From contig OX638158.1 in the NCBI GenBank assembly GCA_951804945.1, positions 44,888,001 to 44,952,000 of the forward strand: DNA of 64,000 bases, in the 5' to 3' direction. The DNA is from Podarcis cretensis (lineage: Eukaryota). Below are positions 38,877 through 51,912 of the stretch, piece by piece. Every line of letters starts with the position of its first letter. The stretch's first letter is position 1. A program made the position numbers and the translations under genes. The notes below the pieces were generated by a model, which saw only the letters and a program-made list of their open reading frames with translations, had not been told where the DNA came from and made no database searches.

Positions 38877-39557
38877 TGCTAATTTGTGTACTTACTTGTA
38901 CTTACAGGAAATCCTATTTCAGCCAAGTACTTTAAATAGGAGTGACATGACAAGATAGGAATAAGGTCAATAATATCCAACAAGCTTGCCTGCATCCTTT
39001 TGTTTCTAATAAAATGCTTAAGCGCTCTATTTAATGGACCTAGTCTTGTTTATCACTTACATATTGCTGCTGAATAGAGTATGAGCTCAAGACTGCAAAA
39101 TCAAGAAAACTTTCCCATTCATATGTAATCTATGTTTAACTATTCTTTCTTTAAATCCTAGCCCGTTGGCATAGTGAACAAAAGGATAAGGTGACGGGGA
39201 TAAGTTAGAAGTACCTGTTTCTGAGAACAGTATTCTGCAGCTTCTGAGAATAGTATTCTATTCTCAGAAGCTTTAATATGTGCAAAAATGTTCTGGAGTA
39301 TAGACTTCCATCTGGATGTGCATTTTACTTCTATACCTGTATCTCTCTTAATAGACATGCAGCAGATCAAAAGCAAAAATAGTGTTCTGATTTAACTTAT
39401 TTAAGGAATGTGGCTTAATCACAGGAATGCCATACTGTGCTATCAATTCTTTAGTTATAATTTTTCATTTAACAAGTTTTGTGAGAATACATTATCGCAA
39501 CACAATGACATCAAAATAAGGTAAAGCATAATTCTTTTAACAATAAATGTTGAGTAC

Positions 39558-39745
39558 CTGTTGTTTCCAAGGCCACGGTCTTTGGTTTTAACATCAAGGT
39601 CATAAATAAAGTGTTCTTGGGAGATTCCTACAATATTTTCTGCAGTTTCATTTCCCTTGATGGTGATAACAGGATAACCCATCTGCAGTGTCCACTGATC
39701 CATTACTTCTTGGATATTCACAAATTTCCCAACCTTCTTCAGTGC
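39558..39745 (-). CDS. TRHDE: TRHDE coding exon (188 nt, ~exon 9): ALKKVGKFVNIQEVMDQWTLQMGYPVITIKGNETAENIVGISQEHFIYDLDVKTKDRGLGNN(S)
   Basis: Inside ORF 39455..39775; ttttgaag|GCACTG...AACAG|gtactc; contains the MxxWTxQxGYPVI motif of M1 aminopeptidases; phase 0-2. Confidence 0.96.
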
Positions 39746-39909
39746 CTTCAAAACAAAAATATGATAAAATTTCATTCAATATATTCAGGGAGTACTGCCA
39801 GTATTATGTTACCTTTCAGGGCGGGCGGGGGGGGGGGGGAGAATAGAGGACTACTACTCTTTGCTTCACTTCAAAAAACAACCATTCACAAAATAACATA
39901 GGGTATTCA

Positions 39910-40030
39910 TGTCTGGGGTAGGAACCTCTGCTTCTTCAGATGTTGCTGGACTACAATCCCGATTATACCTGGCATTGGCCACCCTGGATGGGGCCAATGG
40001 AATCTGCCAAGCCACAGGTTCCCCAGTCCT
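39910..40030. mobile_element. Degenerate older relative of the palindromic hAT MITE
   Basis: CAGATGTTGCTGGACTACAATCCC core and ...CCACAGGTTCCCC end; similar relics at ~24648-24750 and ~29750-29895. Confidence 0.5.
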
Positions 40031-40381
40031 ACAACAGAGGCTAGCCCATTGCTAGCAACATATTAAAAGGAACTAGACAGAAAGTGGACACAGGACTGTA
40101 ATTTGACAATTTTAATTACCAAATTTATACAAAGAATTTAAACCTTAGTCATGGTGGAACCCGGAGCTGCCTTCACTGCAGTTAAAATGGTGCTGACGTA
40201 ATGTTTAAATGGCACTAGACAACTGTTCTCCAGAAAAGGGAGGAACTAGAGGAGGAAGTACATAATATTGCATTCTTTTTCTGATCCAAGAGAATTCAAA
40301 TCTTGTGTCTGCCCTGCTCAAACGATGCGTGTTTTGCAAACCCTTTCATCTCAATGAAGTATGGCCCCTTCTTTAGCAATG

Positions 40382-40431
40382 AGCATTTAGAGACATATTC
40401 CCTGCCACAGCATTTAGAGACATATTCCCTG
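40382..40431. repeat. Perfect 23-bp direct duplication (27-bp period)
   Basis: AGCATTTAGAGACATATTCCCTG at 40382-40404 and 40409-40431. Confidence 0.9.
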
Positions 40432-40924
40432 GTTCATCTAGTCATGTGGGACTAGAGCTGTATTGGGGCAAAAGTATATCCATGGAAAGAGCATTTTGTT
40501 TCCCATGCCCCTTTGCACATTATTCAATATGATTTTAATCTGTCTTTCTGTTTGTGAAGCAACAGCTAGCACATACATGCTCTTTTCCATCATGACTGAC
40601 ATTACAGTTATTTGGCTGCCCAGAATACTTATAGTTGACTGCACCAAATCATAAACAGCTTCTCGTTTAGTCCATTACACTTCTATGTTGCTTCCTGCTT
40701 CCCTTCAGTTCATCTCAAAGGAGCTGATATCTGGATCCATTTGTTTTGATTATCCATTTCTAGATACTCTGTCTTTCACGTTCCATAAATTTTTATTTAA
40801 GGATTTTCCAAAATGATATACAGCCACGCAAATAAAACACTCATTAACAGGAATATGAGTTTCAGGATGGGATATTTACTCCTCAGGTTAACCCAAGTTC
40901 CCTGAAAACTTTAAACTGTATTAC

Positions 40925-40990
40925 CTCTGACAACGTGTTCCATAGGTCCTTTCTGGCAGCATTGCCATACTTGTGAATGGTTAGATAATC
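40925..40990 (-). CDS. TRHDE: TRHDE coding exon (66 nt, ~exon 8): DYLTIHKYGNAARKDLWNTLSE
   Basis: tttgtag|GATTATCTA...TCAGAG|gtaata; phase 0-0. Confidence 0.95.
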
Positions 40991-41232
40991 CTACAAAACA
41001 TATGTAAACGAGTCGTTATTGTAAAAAAAAAAAAGCAAACTTATTCCAAGTCAAACTATGGTGCTCTATTAATACAACAATTAAGTATATTCTCATACAC
41101 AAATCATATACATGTATCTTATAAGTTACAACAATAAGTTACAACAATATTATTTCCTAATTTGGGGCTGTGCCCCTGTTCACTCCACTCGCCAATCCCC
41201 TCAGCCATCCCCTCCATATTAACTCCCTAGAG

Positions 41233-41368
41233 AAGTGGTGGCCAAACTTGGCCCTCCAGCTGTTTTGGGACTACAATTCCCATCATCCCTGACCACTGGT
41301 CCTGTTGCATAGGGGTGCTGGGAGTTGTAGTCCAAAAACAGCTGGAGGGCCAAGTTTGGCCACCACTG
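41233..41368. mobile_element. Palindromic hAT MITE (same core, different TIR)
   Basis: TIR (C)AGTGGTGGCCAAACTTGG; 8-bp TSD CCCTAGAG. Confidence 0.9.
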
Positions 41369-44300
41369 CCCTAGAGCTTCCCCTTACCACTTCATAAAAC
41401 TACTATGCACCCTTTTCACCTTCTGCACAGAAGCCACTACAATCTCTTCTACCCTCTTTCCCCTGCCTCCTCTTTCTTCCTTTTTTCAACTTTCCCTTGC
41501 ACGCAGACACCCCCCCCCCACACACAAACATTAGTTTGTTCAGTTAGAAAAGGTTAAGTTGATGGATGTTGTACATATATGGGTGTTTGCTTGTCAGTCA
41601 AATACTACATTGAATCTGGAACTTCATGTTGAAGACAACACATGGTATTAAGAGTGAAATACAATATGTAAACAAAGGCAGGGATAAACAACTTTCAAAA
41701 CTATAATTCGATGAACGAACTTTTTGCTCTCAAATTAATTCTCAAACTTTTAAATTTTCAGACTTTTTAAAATGAAAAATAAATAAATTACAGTTTCTGC
41801 AGCAGTTTCCAACTCTGGGAAACTTTCCAAAGATAGGTGCTACTTATTATTTCAGCAGACTGTTTTGTGGTTTGTGTCAAGAAACCACAGACTCTGGTTG
41901 ATAGCTAAATCTGTTATTAAACATTTTTAAAAGGAACAGTCTATTCAAGACTTATGTCTATTAAGGTTTTATGGTCTTGCAATTTGATTCTGCAGAATTT
42001 TTTATGCTATCAAACCAAGTGCACAAATTTTAGTTTGAAACTTCTCTTAAAGAAGTGGGTTTCATCTCACAGAACAGAAGCTTCTTATGTGCAAGGGTTC
42101 TACTAAATGCTAAGGCAATTGTTAGATCAGCAAGTGTCTTTCAATGAATGTAATTAAGGTTTCTGACAATGTAAGTTCAATATTGATTTCTTTTGTCCTT
42201 TTCATTCCTAAGTTTTATCTCCCTACCTACACCATACTAGGGCTAGGATTACATTTTATAGATCCAGCTTCGTTTTGTTCAGTGTTCTGGAGTTCCATAA
42301 AGCATATTAAATTGGATATAGAGCAAGAGATTTTCTACTTGATCTAAGCATAAAATGTGAATACATTAAAATGCATTTTATTTACCAGGTAAAAAGCAGG
42401 ATTCCCATACATGTGAATGTTCACCACCTTCACTTAAGAAAAGCAGTAGAAGGCAAGCCCTAATTTCAAGCAAAATCATTAAAAATTGTGCTGACTGTGT
42501 TTTCTGCATGGTATGTGCATGAACTAGGTATTTCAATGGTAATTAGTGTTTGGGGAGCAAACATCCTGATGCACAAATTGGAAGCACTCATGACACATTT
42601 AGCTTTAGTTCTGTGAACTCGCTGTACAAGAAGCAGAAACTCCCATATAATCACAGCTTAGAAAAGTTAAATGAGAACACTGACTCACTTTAACCACAAT
42701 GCATAGTTTTTTAAATGTCATGAAAATAAGCCTTAGAAAAGATAGCAGAATATATGCTCCTCCAACATACTGTGCTAATATCTAAAAATAAACAACTCAA
42801 TGGTTTCTCCGGGTGAACTGATAATTTTTATAATAAAAACACCCACAGTAAGCATATAAACAAGATGGGTTATCTAAGTCAGCCCCACTTATAAGAGGGT
42901 ACGACTGGTTTTGTTTCCACGTTAGTTGCTATAACCAGTAGATGCATATGTTGGAAGGGTTTTCAATATTTGCCTTTCTCAACTGCACATTCTAAGCTTC
43001 ACATGGAAAATTCTATGCTCAGAAGATCACTGCTAGCGATGATATATTGTGACCCAGTTCCAGCATATGCAATTAGGGGATAACTTAAAAATGTATCCAT
43101 GCTAATGCTAAATGTTACATTAGAATCAGCCCTCAGTGTCAAAGGAAGAAAGACCAAGATCTTGAAATGTATGAGGAACTTTTCAAATCCCAACAGACCA
43201 CAATGGTTGTCAGGAATTTATGAAGTTCAGTCTTAAAGCTAATTTGACTGCTATGCTGCCATGACTGATAGAAGAAGAGTATTTCACTTCTGTCATTGAT
43301 GTTCTCCTGATGTTGGCATGATCTTGAGTTGTATATTGGCCATGTTTTACTGTACACAACAGGTGTGAAGCACCTCCAACATTTACGCCAACAAGTCAAT
43401 GCATGTTTCTTAACAGTCTACATTAGCCACTACATCAGCTGCTACCGTTTCTTTTAATTCTTCCTACAGAACATTCGTAGGAAGAAGAAAATGTTTTTTT
43501 CTTTGGTATTTGTTTTATATACCATGGAAGCTTGAATTTTCCTTTTAATTTCCAAATATGCCATTTTAGTAAAAAATAATAATATGTAGAGCTTATATAA
43601 AGAGAAAATAATGACACTTGAAATGAACTGCAAGTTACAAACTCATGATACACAGCACTATTCATTATATTTTGGTGTTTTTGTTTGTTTGTTTTTTGTT
43701 TTTTTGCACTATTCAACTGCTCTAGGGCTAGATTGATTTTGTTCCACACACTGCCTTTAACAATCAAGTGGCTTGTAAAATTAGCAACTGTAGAACTGTG
43801 CCTCTTGCAATGCCAGGTTCTGCTGGGCAATCCACAGGGAGATTATAATGAACACAGTACAAATTCCTCCTCCCAAAAATTCTAGCTCAAGTACCTTGCT
43901 GTGAGAAACAGCAAGGAAATATAATGGAATCCCCCAAATCCCATCTTTGTGGAAAGACTATGAGCCAACACAAGCCAACATTTTTGCACACACTCTACCA
44001 CAATCTTTTTCATATTCTAGGTCTTAAACATGTTTTCACATTACATTTAACAGTTCTTCCAGGAAGTCCATTAATACCACAAAACATTCAAAAGTACATC
44101 TCAATCCATTTTATATAAAAATGAAGAACATGCAGAAAGGCTGTATTTACTATACAATGCCATAATTAAAATAATAAACTATACAACTAAAGAATTAGAA
44201 AGGTTAACTTTTTCTACTCCCCACAGAGAGAGCTGCTGTAAATTGAGGATAGGTTCTCCAAAGTGGGTAATCACTGAGATAATTTCTTTTAAAATTGTAA

Positions 44301-47300
44301 ATAAATAAACCAACAGACAGGTAAATTCTTTTTCAGTTGTTAAAATCCAGGACACCCATGGATCTAGAAAGCTCTTATTTTTGCATATCCAATAAATTTA
44401 TCTAGTTTTTGTTTTTTTACCTTTATTAATGAACTCCTGGGGGAGGGCAGGAAGGAGAATTCCTCATGACAATTTGATCTTCCAAGCTTCCCAAACAATG
44501 CTGTTGATAAAGTGACTAAGTTAGAGATCAATTTGTTGCCCATGTACTTATGGAAGGTCTTTACAATGGAAGAGGAGTGGAGGTGAATTTTGCAAATTTG
44601 CAGCCTCTTGCACACACAAACACCCATCATGCTCTGGAGAGCATCCTAACTCTCCAGAACCAATTTTTGTGGGGTGCTGCTGCAAGTAAGTGGAAGAATT
44701 GGCACAAATAATTTCACCCTTCTTCTGTTAGCAAAGCCATCCACTAGATCAAAAAAGGGCTTCACATAGGCACAAGGCAACCACCAGATTCCATCCTAAA
44801 GAGAGAATTTTATCTTCTTACACCTGCCAGAACAAAATGTTCAAGGTTTCCTTAGAAAATGACTTCCTCAGTGATTACCTATTTTAGGGAATCTGTCCTC
44901 AATTTAAAGACAGCTCTCACCTGGCCTGCATACAGACATATTTGGGATTGCCAAACCTCCTTCTTTAGCTCAGTTGTAATGGCTTTTATTCACCCAAAAT
45001 GAAGCCATTAAGTAATTTTTCCATGCTTTCAGTTTTTTTGCTCGAAGACTTATAATGACACTACTTGAAATAAAATATTGATTCTAAGTAGAATACTTAT
45101 TTTAGTGGTTGTAATCCTGCCAAAGAAGCATAATTTCAGCTTTCCACACACTTAATATCTTGCTTAATGGTTAAAAAACACAAACCAACTATTATTTCTC
45201 TCCTCAATCTGACACAGATTCAAAACAATTATAATTACCATGTATTTCCAAAACATGATTTGAGTCAATTGAGTACGTTTCGGAGTTAACCATATCAGGG
45301 TGGCTTTAAACAGCTTGAGTTTTTACCATCATTAATTTTAAACTAATTTCCAAATGCAATATAGTTCCATACTCTTGAAGTTCATGTTGAATCTCTCCAG
45401 AATAGTTCTTCTGGCCATCTTTAAGTAATGCAGATTTGACACATTGCTTAATTGTATTATGATGGGGTCAGCTAAACATCTAACAGGGGAACGCCTATCA
45501 CTTTTCACTTGTTAATTGAACAACTGTCCCATTCAAAGAGGCAACTGCTCCCAATTGTGATATAATCCCTCAATTATTTTAATGAATGTCCCAAGCCCAC
45601 CCTTGTAACCTCTTAATAACCAGGGTTACATTTACGAAACATTGAACAGCTGCCTAATATTATCAGAGACCAGTCCATTAGGTAAGAATCCAAATAGGAC
45701 ATTGCTAATATTTATCTACATATCTTCTCCATTTACACATAAAAGGGAGAAAAGGATATGTTTAATATTTTATATGAAAATGGATACATTATCCCCCGCC
45801 GCCGCTATATTAATTCCTGGGACTCGGCTACTTCAAGTGCCAAAATGGTTCACTTCTGATACCACAGTCAATCTGGGAGAAATGTTATTGGTGTGGGGAG
45901 AGGGGCTCAGTACTCCCTATCCATATATTCATGTAAAAATTAAGTCCTCTTCACTTTATACTTGAATGGGGCAGAAATATGGAGAGCAAATGTTGGTGTC
46001 CCCATCACATCTAGTTTAGCCCTAAAGCCTCATTTTTTGTGAATCTTTTGTGGTGCTAATATTCCAGAAATGTTGTTTTAAAATTGTCAGTATATTTATA
46101 TCTACTATAATGGGATAGTAGGTTGCAGTAAATGGAAATGGAAAGTAGAAATAGCAATAAATGGAAAGAACTACTACACTGTAGGACATCCATTTAAACT
46201 TTTATCTCCTCAAAGGACTTTCCTGCCACTTACTTATTACTCTTTCCAAGATTTAATTGTGCCTCACAACTTATCCCCACCCATCCTGCCTTCTCAATGT
46301 CAAGACTGATTCCTCAAAGGCTGATCTGAGATGACAGACCACATAATTCTAAGTGAATGAGTAGCAAAACAAAGTAACTTGTTGTGAGGTGGCTTGACAA
46401 CTCAGTTCAGGGAGTACATTTGTGTCTGAATGCAGAAAGGCTGATGCAAAAATAAAATTGGCAAACTACTAGGAGAATAATAAGTCAAGCAGAGAGCAAT
46501 TATTTTAACTTATCTTTTGAGGCACGCATGCACACACTAATGTCTTCATCCACCTGCCAGGCCAGCTGTCAATCGTATCCTATCCCCTCAAGAGACCATT
46601 CTGGAAAATCCAGCTTTCTACAACATAAGGATACCTCAAATGTAGCCATAATTTTCATAAATGGGCCCTATTTCATGCAGAAGACCCTATGTTGTGACCC
46701 AATTCACCAGAAGCGAATTTAAGCTATTTAAGCTGATTACAATTAAAGACACTTTAGAAAGCTGAAGCAGGGGAAAGAAACCTTAGCTTAGCTGAATATA
46801 TAAATAAACTGGAGAGATGGATCTTGTTCTTCATAGTTTAACTTCATCATGGTTCTGTTATTATAACATAATTGTATTTTGTCCTTTCTCCAAGGAGCTT
46901 AGAGCAATATTGCTTGTATTAAGAGATTCCAGGGGGGAATGTTAGATGAAGACACGGTGAACCTAGGTTTCCCAAACTGAAACTGAACTGCTAGCCACTG
47001 CAACCTCTGGCTCTGTTTAAATTCAAAGCATCTGAGTTCAGAAAGCAAAAAGACGTGTGAGTATATTCTCCACAGACTCGGTTACATTTCTGGACATCAT
47101 TCTCTCTTCCTCAAAGAACAGCCCTTTGAACCACATGGCAAACCACAATCCAAAAATGGTTGCTTTGTAGTGTGCTGAAAGCAAAAACAGAAAGCCATGC
47201 ACAGTTGACCTTCTGTAGGCCAAACTAAAAGTGGCAACATTCAGATGTGTATTTATATTTCTTAACATCATTAGTCAATTTATAAAAGCACCTCACAGTG

Positions 47301-48861
47301 ACCTACAAGTAATAGTAAGACATTCAATAAAGAATACAATATATGTAAACGATATAATTGAAAATAATCACAATGAGGAATAGCAAAACCACAATCCCTC
47401 CATATTCCAACAACACATGACCCTCAAATGAAAAAAGAAAACATCACCAACTGTTGCAAATGAAAAGGGGAATTAACAGTCAAATGCCTGGGAGAAAAGA
47501 CTTTGCCTAGCACTGAACATTCCATAGACTAAGTGCTGAGACGGAAAAGGATGTTTCCTTGTTACCAAACTTCAAACAACCGTAGGAGCAACTGTGTGGC
47601 TTTGAAAGGGTAAGTGGTAGGCGTGAAGGCCCCAGTCTGGATTGCGAACCTGATGGGGCAGAAGAGAGTTTAACCTGGTTGCCTGTGTCAGTGGTTTTAA
47701 TAAGGATTAGAACACCATCCCTACAATATGCACTGAAAGGAAGGCTCTAACTCAAGCCAATAGAACCTTTCTTTTCAGCAAGATAGATAGCAGCTGTAGG
47801 GCCCCTATACTAGATAGGGACAAGTAGTGGAGATATATATTTTTTATATATATAAAGCCTGCCTACCCCACCAGGGTCCAGATCTGAGCTTAGTTCACTG
47901 CATCTGCCAATTACACTAAAAAAAAAAAAAAATCCTCTACAAATACAGTTCAGGGAATTGCTAATTGCATGAATTGTGTGACATTCAGTTTGACTCCCAC
48001 ACTGTAGCCATAACAGACACACCTGCAAACCAGCCTCCCACAAGAGAAACAAAGAATGTGTATTTGATGGTTTCTCTTCACACATAGCATTATTTCTCTT
48101 AAAGAATTGCCAAAGGTATGAATTTGACGACTTCTTTTTATAGAAGTACAATATACCTAGACTATAGATGAAATGATTAGGATTATGTTGGCATGAGAAG
48201 TATTCAATAATATTTTAATCTAATGGGATTTTGCATGTTACTCTTTTGTTTTTATGACACATGCAAGGCATTTTTATCTAATAGGGTAAGATAAAAATAC
48301 GATAATCACCGTCTTTTTCTATAACCACTTTACTATGTTTTATTGTAGCAGTTCTTATTAATGTATCACGTTTATAAAATATGGAGCCTACAACAAAACC
48401 AAGATAATACAAATTTTCCAACACATTAACCTATTGGGATTGGCATTTAAAAATGGCTGCATTGAACTAAAGACTAACAACATCGTTTGAAGATCACAAA
48501 ATGTCTGCATTGTGCCTCTATCTTTCACACATCCCTAGACATAAAAAATAAAACTGCAAAAGCTTGTCAAATTATAGTCGGTCTCTGAAGAAAATTAAAA
48601 TGCTTAAATTATCTGGAAAGTATGTTACCTGAATACTGAGGCAGATGGCTTGAATATTTGAAGAGAAAACAGAATAAAATCTCCTAAAGGTTTCTGACAG
48701 ATGTTTGTAGCAACAGTGTTTCTGAATAAGTTTACAAGTCCTTTTTAAAGTGTGTGCTTGTGCTTAGGAAAAACCTGTCCACTCATACTGAAGAAGGCCT
48801 TTATCCCTTTGCTATGTTCACTCTCAATTCTACCTGACTCTTCATCGAAACAAGATGATAT

Positions 48862-49201
48862 AAGGTAAAGGTAAAGGGACCCCTAACCATTAGGTCCAGT
48901 CGCAGCCGACTCTGGGGTTGCGGCGCTCATCTCGCTTTATTGGCCGAGGGAGCCAATAATATGTGGCCAGCATGACTAAGCCGCTTCTGGCGAACCAGAG
49001 CAGCGCATGGAAATGCCATTTACCTTCCCGCTGGAGCGGTACCTATTTATCTACTTGCACTTCATGCTTTCGAACTGCTAGGTTGGCAGGAGCAGGGACC
49101 AAGAAATGGGAGCTCACCCCGTCGTGGGGATTCGAACCGCCGACTTTCTGATCGGCAAGTCCTAGTTTCTGTGGTTTAACCCATAGTGCCACCCGCGTCC
49201 C
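48862..49201 (-). mobile_element. Sauria SINE (different subfamily)
   Basis: AAGGTAAAGGTAAAGGGACCCC tail and ...GCCACCCGCGTCCC head; TSD AAACAARATGATA at 48848-48860 and 49207-49219. Confidence 0.92.
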
Positions 49202-50139
49202 TTTTTAAACAAAATGATAGATCATATCAAAATTAGGTTTCAAGTGAATTCATATGTTTTAAAGCACAAGGAAAATATCAGAATTATGTAAATTATAAAA
49301 ATGATTCAACTTCCTATTTTTCCCCTCTGCACAGATCAACTTGGATCAGTGAATTCACTCCATATTCAAAGTGTTTCCAGATGTTACTCCAAACAAGGAC
49401 AGTAGCTGTTAATCCAACCCAGCCAGGCCCAAAGTACCAGTGGAATTTAAAAATCCCAGGTCAACCAGGATTAACGAAAACACATATGACAGCCGTGGTG
49501 GAAGTATTTGGCTCTATCTAACATTTGTCTACAGGGAAGCTTATTGTCGGTCAGAGAGTCTTTTCATAAGGCAAATAAATTGCATGGATTATGCCCTGGC
49601 TGATAAAATATTTGACGTACAGAGAAAGGCCTCCTTAGGTGATAAAAATGATGGGAAATATCTTGTTAACAAAAAGGCAGGCCTTTTTTGGTGACTCATC
49701 AGCTGATGAGTCAATACTATTGACTGTGTTTACCAGTGACTAATTTTTAAGGATACTAATGATGTTCCCCCTTTACGCGAATAACAGGGATACTGAAAGG
49801 ATTATATGTCTACCTCTTAGAAACACAGTTATGTCTTGCCTGGTAATTCAGAATGGGTCAGGATGATTTTACTCTTAAGTACGTTTGTCAGAGGGCGCTT
49901 AGGATGATGGATACAAGAGAGCTTGGAGGAAAACTGAAAAGCAGGGGCAGGGTCCCATTTTTCCTTGAGGCTTCCTTCCCCCCCCCCCCAATGTTAATGG
50001 GGGGGTTGAACTGAAGAAAACAAACTCCAAAGAAAAATGTTGTCTGTTTGGATGAGTAAAACGATTTTAACAGTTTTTATTTGGGAATATACAGCATTAG
50101 AGAATGATAATTCTTGTACATACAGCATTAGAGAATGAT

Positions 50140-50678
50140 CATAGAATCATAGAATTGGAAGAGACCACAAGGGCCATCGAGTCCAACTTCCTGCCAAGCA
50201 GGAAACACCATCAGAGCACTCCTGACATATGGTTGTCAAGCCTCTGCTTAAAGACCTCCAAAGAAGGAGACTCCACCACACTCCTTGGCAGCAAATTCCA
50301 CTGTCGAATAGCTCTTACTGTCAGGAAATTCTTCCTAATGTTTAGGTGGAATCTTTTTTCTTGTAGTTTGGAACCATTACTCCGTGTCCGCTTCTCTGGA
50401 GCAGCAGAAAACAACCTTTCTCCCTCCTCTATGTGACATCCTTTTATATATTTGAACATGGCTATCATATCACCCCTTAACCTCCTCTTCTCCAGGCTAA
50501 ACATGCCCAGCTCCCTTAGCCGTTCTTCATAAGGCATCATTTCCAGGCCTTTGACCATTTTGGTTTCCCTCCTCTGGACACGTTCCAGTTTGTCAGTGTC
50601 CTTCTTGAACTGTGGTGCCCAGAACTGGACACAGTACTCCAGGTGAGGTCTGACCAGAGCAGAATACAGTGGCACTAT
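50140..50678 (-). mobile_element. CR1 LINE 3' fragment
   Basis: ORF 50211..50735: [25 protein letters not shown]...[12 protein letters not shown]-like...WNLLP; (ATTCTATG)n tail. Confidence 0.95.
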
Positions 50679-51223
50679 GATGATTCTTGCATATGCAGTA
50701 CAACACTCAAAACTGCACCTAGAAGGTGGTGCCATCTTTAGGAGAAGAGCATAAAGGATCTTTGTTGTTTGCTGCTTGCCTTTTTCTGAGAAGCCTCAGG
50801 GTAGTTTGGAGATACTACATATGTTGCTTCTGTGGTCTCTGACCTGGCAGATCCATTATGGTTAACCTTTTTACCTCTATCCTCAAATGACTTGTGATAT
50901 GAGCACTCTGCTACAGACTAACAAACAAGCAGCTTATTGCCCTGCCTTGTAGGAGGATAAAAAGGTCAGAAGGTCATAGGACAGAATCTACAGCAGACTA
51001 GTTGCATGTAAAATCAGAAAGTATGGTTGAAAACTGAGCTCTAGCCAAGACCCACAGAAGGAAGTGGAATACAAGTTGGTATATTTGCAATTCTGCATGT
51101 ACAAAACTATTTTTAAATGTCATTAATATGCCACATGGCACAATTGTGTATTATAACTAAGTTATACGTGTTGCAACTTTTATGTTGTTCAAGGGGGAGC
51201 AAGATTTGGGTTTGATAAGAAAC

Positions 51224-51644
51224 TTGTTGTTGTTTAGTCGTGTCCGACTCTTCATGACCCCATGGACCAGAGCACGCCAGCCTTCCACTGCCTCCCGCAG
51301 TTTAGTCAAACTCATGCTGGTAGCTTCGAGAAAACTATCCAACCATCTCATCCTCTGTCGTCCCCTTCTCCTTCTCTTTCCCAACTTCAGGGTCTTTTCC
51401 AGGGAGTCTGCTCTTCTCATCAGGTGGCCAAAGTATTGGAGTCTCAGCTTCAGGATCTGTCCTTCCAGTGAGAACTCAGGGCTGATTTCCTTAAGAATGG
51501 ATAGGTTTGATCTTCTTGCAGTCCATGGGACTCTCAAGAGTCTCCTCCAGCACCATAATTCAAAAGCATCAATTCTTTGGTGATCAGCCTTCTTTATGGT
51601 CCAGCTTTCACTTCCATACATCACTACTGGGAAAACCATAGCTT
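51224..51644 (-). mobile_element. BovB (RTE-clade) LINE 3' fragment
   Basis: ORF 51157..51660: AMVFPVVMYGSESWTIKKA...IDAFELWCWRRLLRVPWTARRSN; (CAA)n tail. Confidence 0.95.
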
Positions 51645-51776
51645 GCTCTCCCCACCCCACCCCAATAACTGTTAGGAGAAACCTTTTCTTTCCCCCTATG
51701 CTTCACAGGTTTCAGAAAATTTCACATCTCTAAGATCCAAGTTTCCACTCAGACCCAAATGTGCAGGTGTCTAGGG

Positions 51777-51912
51777 CAGGCTCCCTCAACCTCAGCCCTC
51801 CAGATGTTTTGAGACTACAATTCCCATCATCCTTGACCACTGGTCCTGCTAGCTAGGGAGCATGGGAGTTGTAGACCAAAAACATCTGGAGGGCCGAGGT
51901 TGAGGAAGCCTG
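51777..51912. mobile_element. Palindromic hAT MITE (same core, third TIR type)
   Basis: TIR CAGGCTYCCTCAACCTC; 8-bp TSD GTCTAGGG. Confidence 0.9.
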
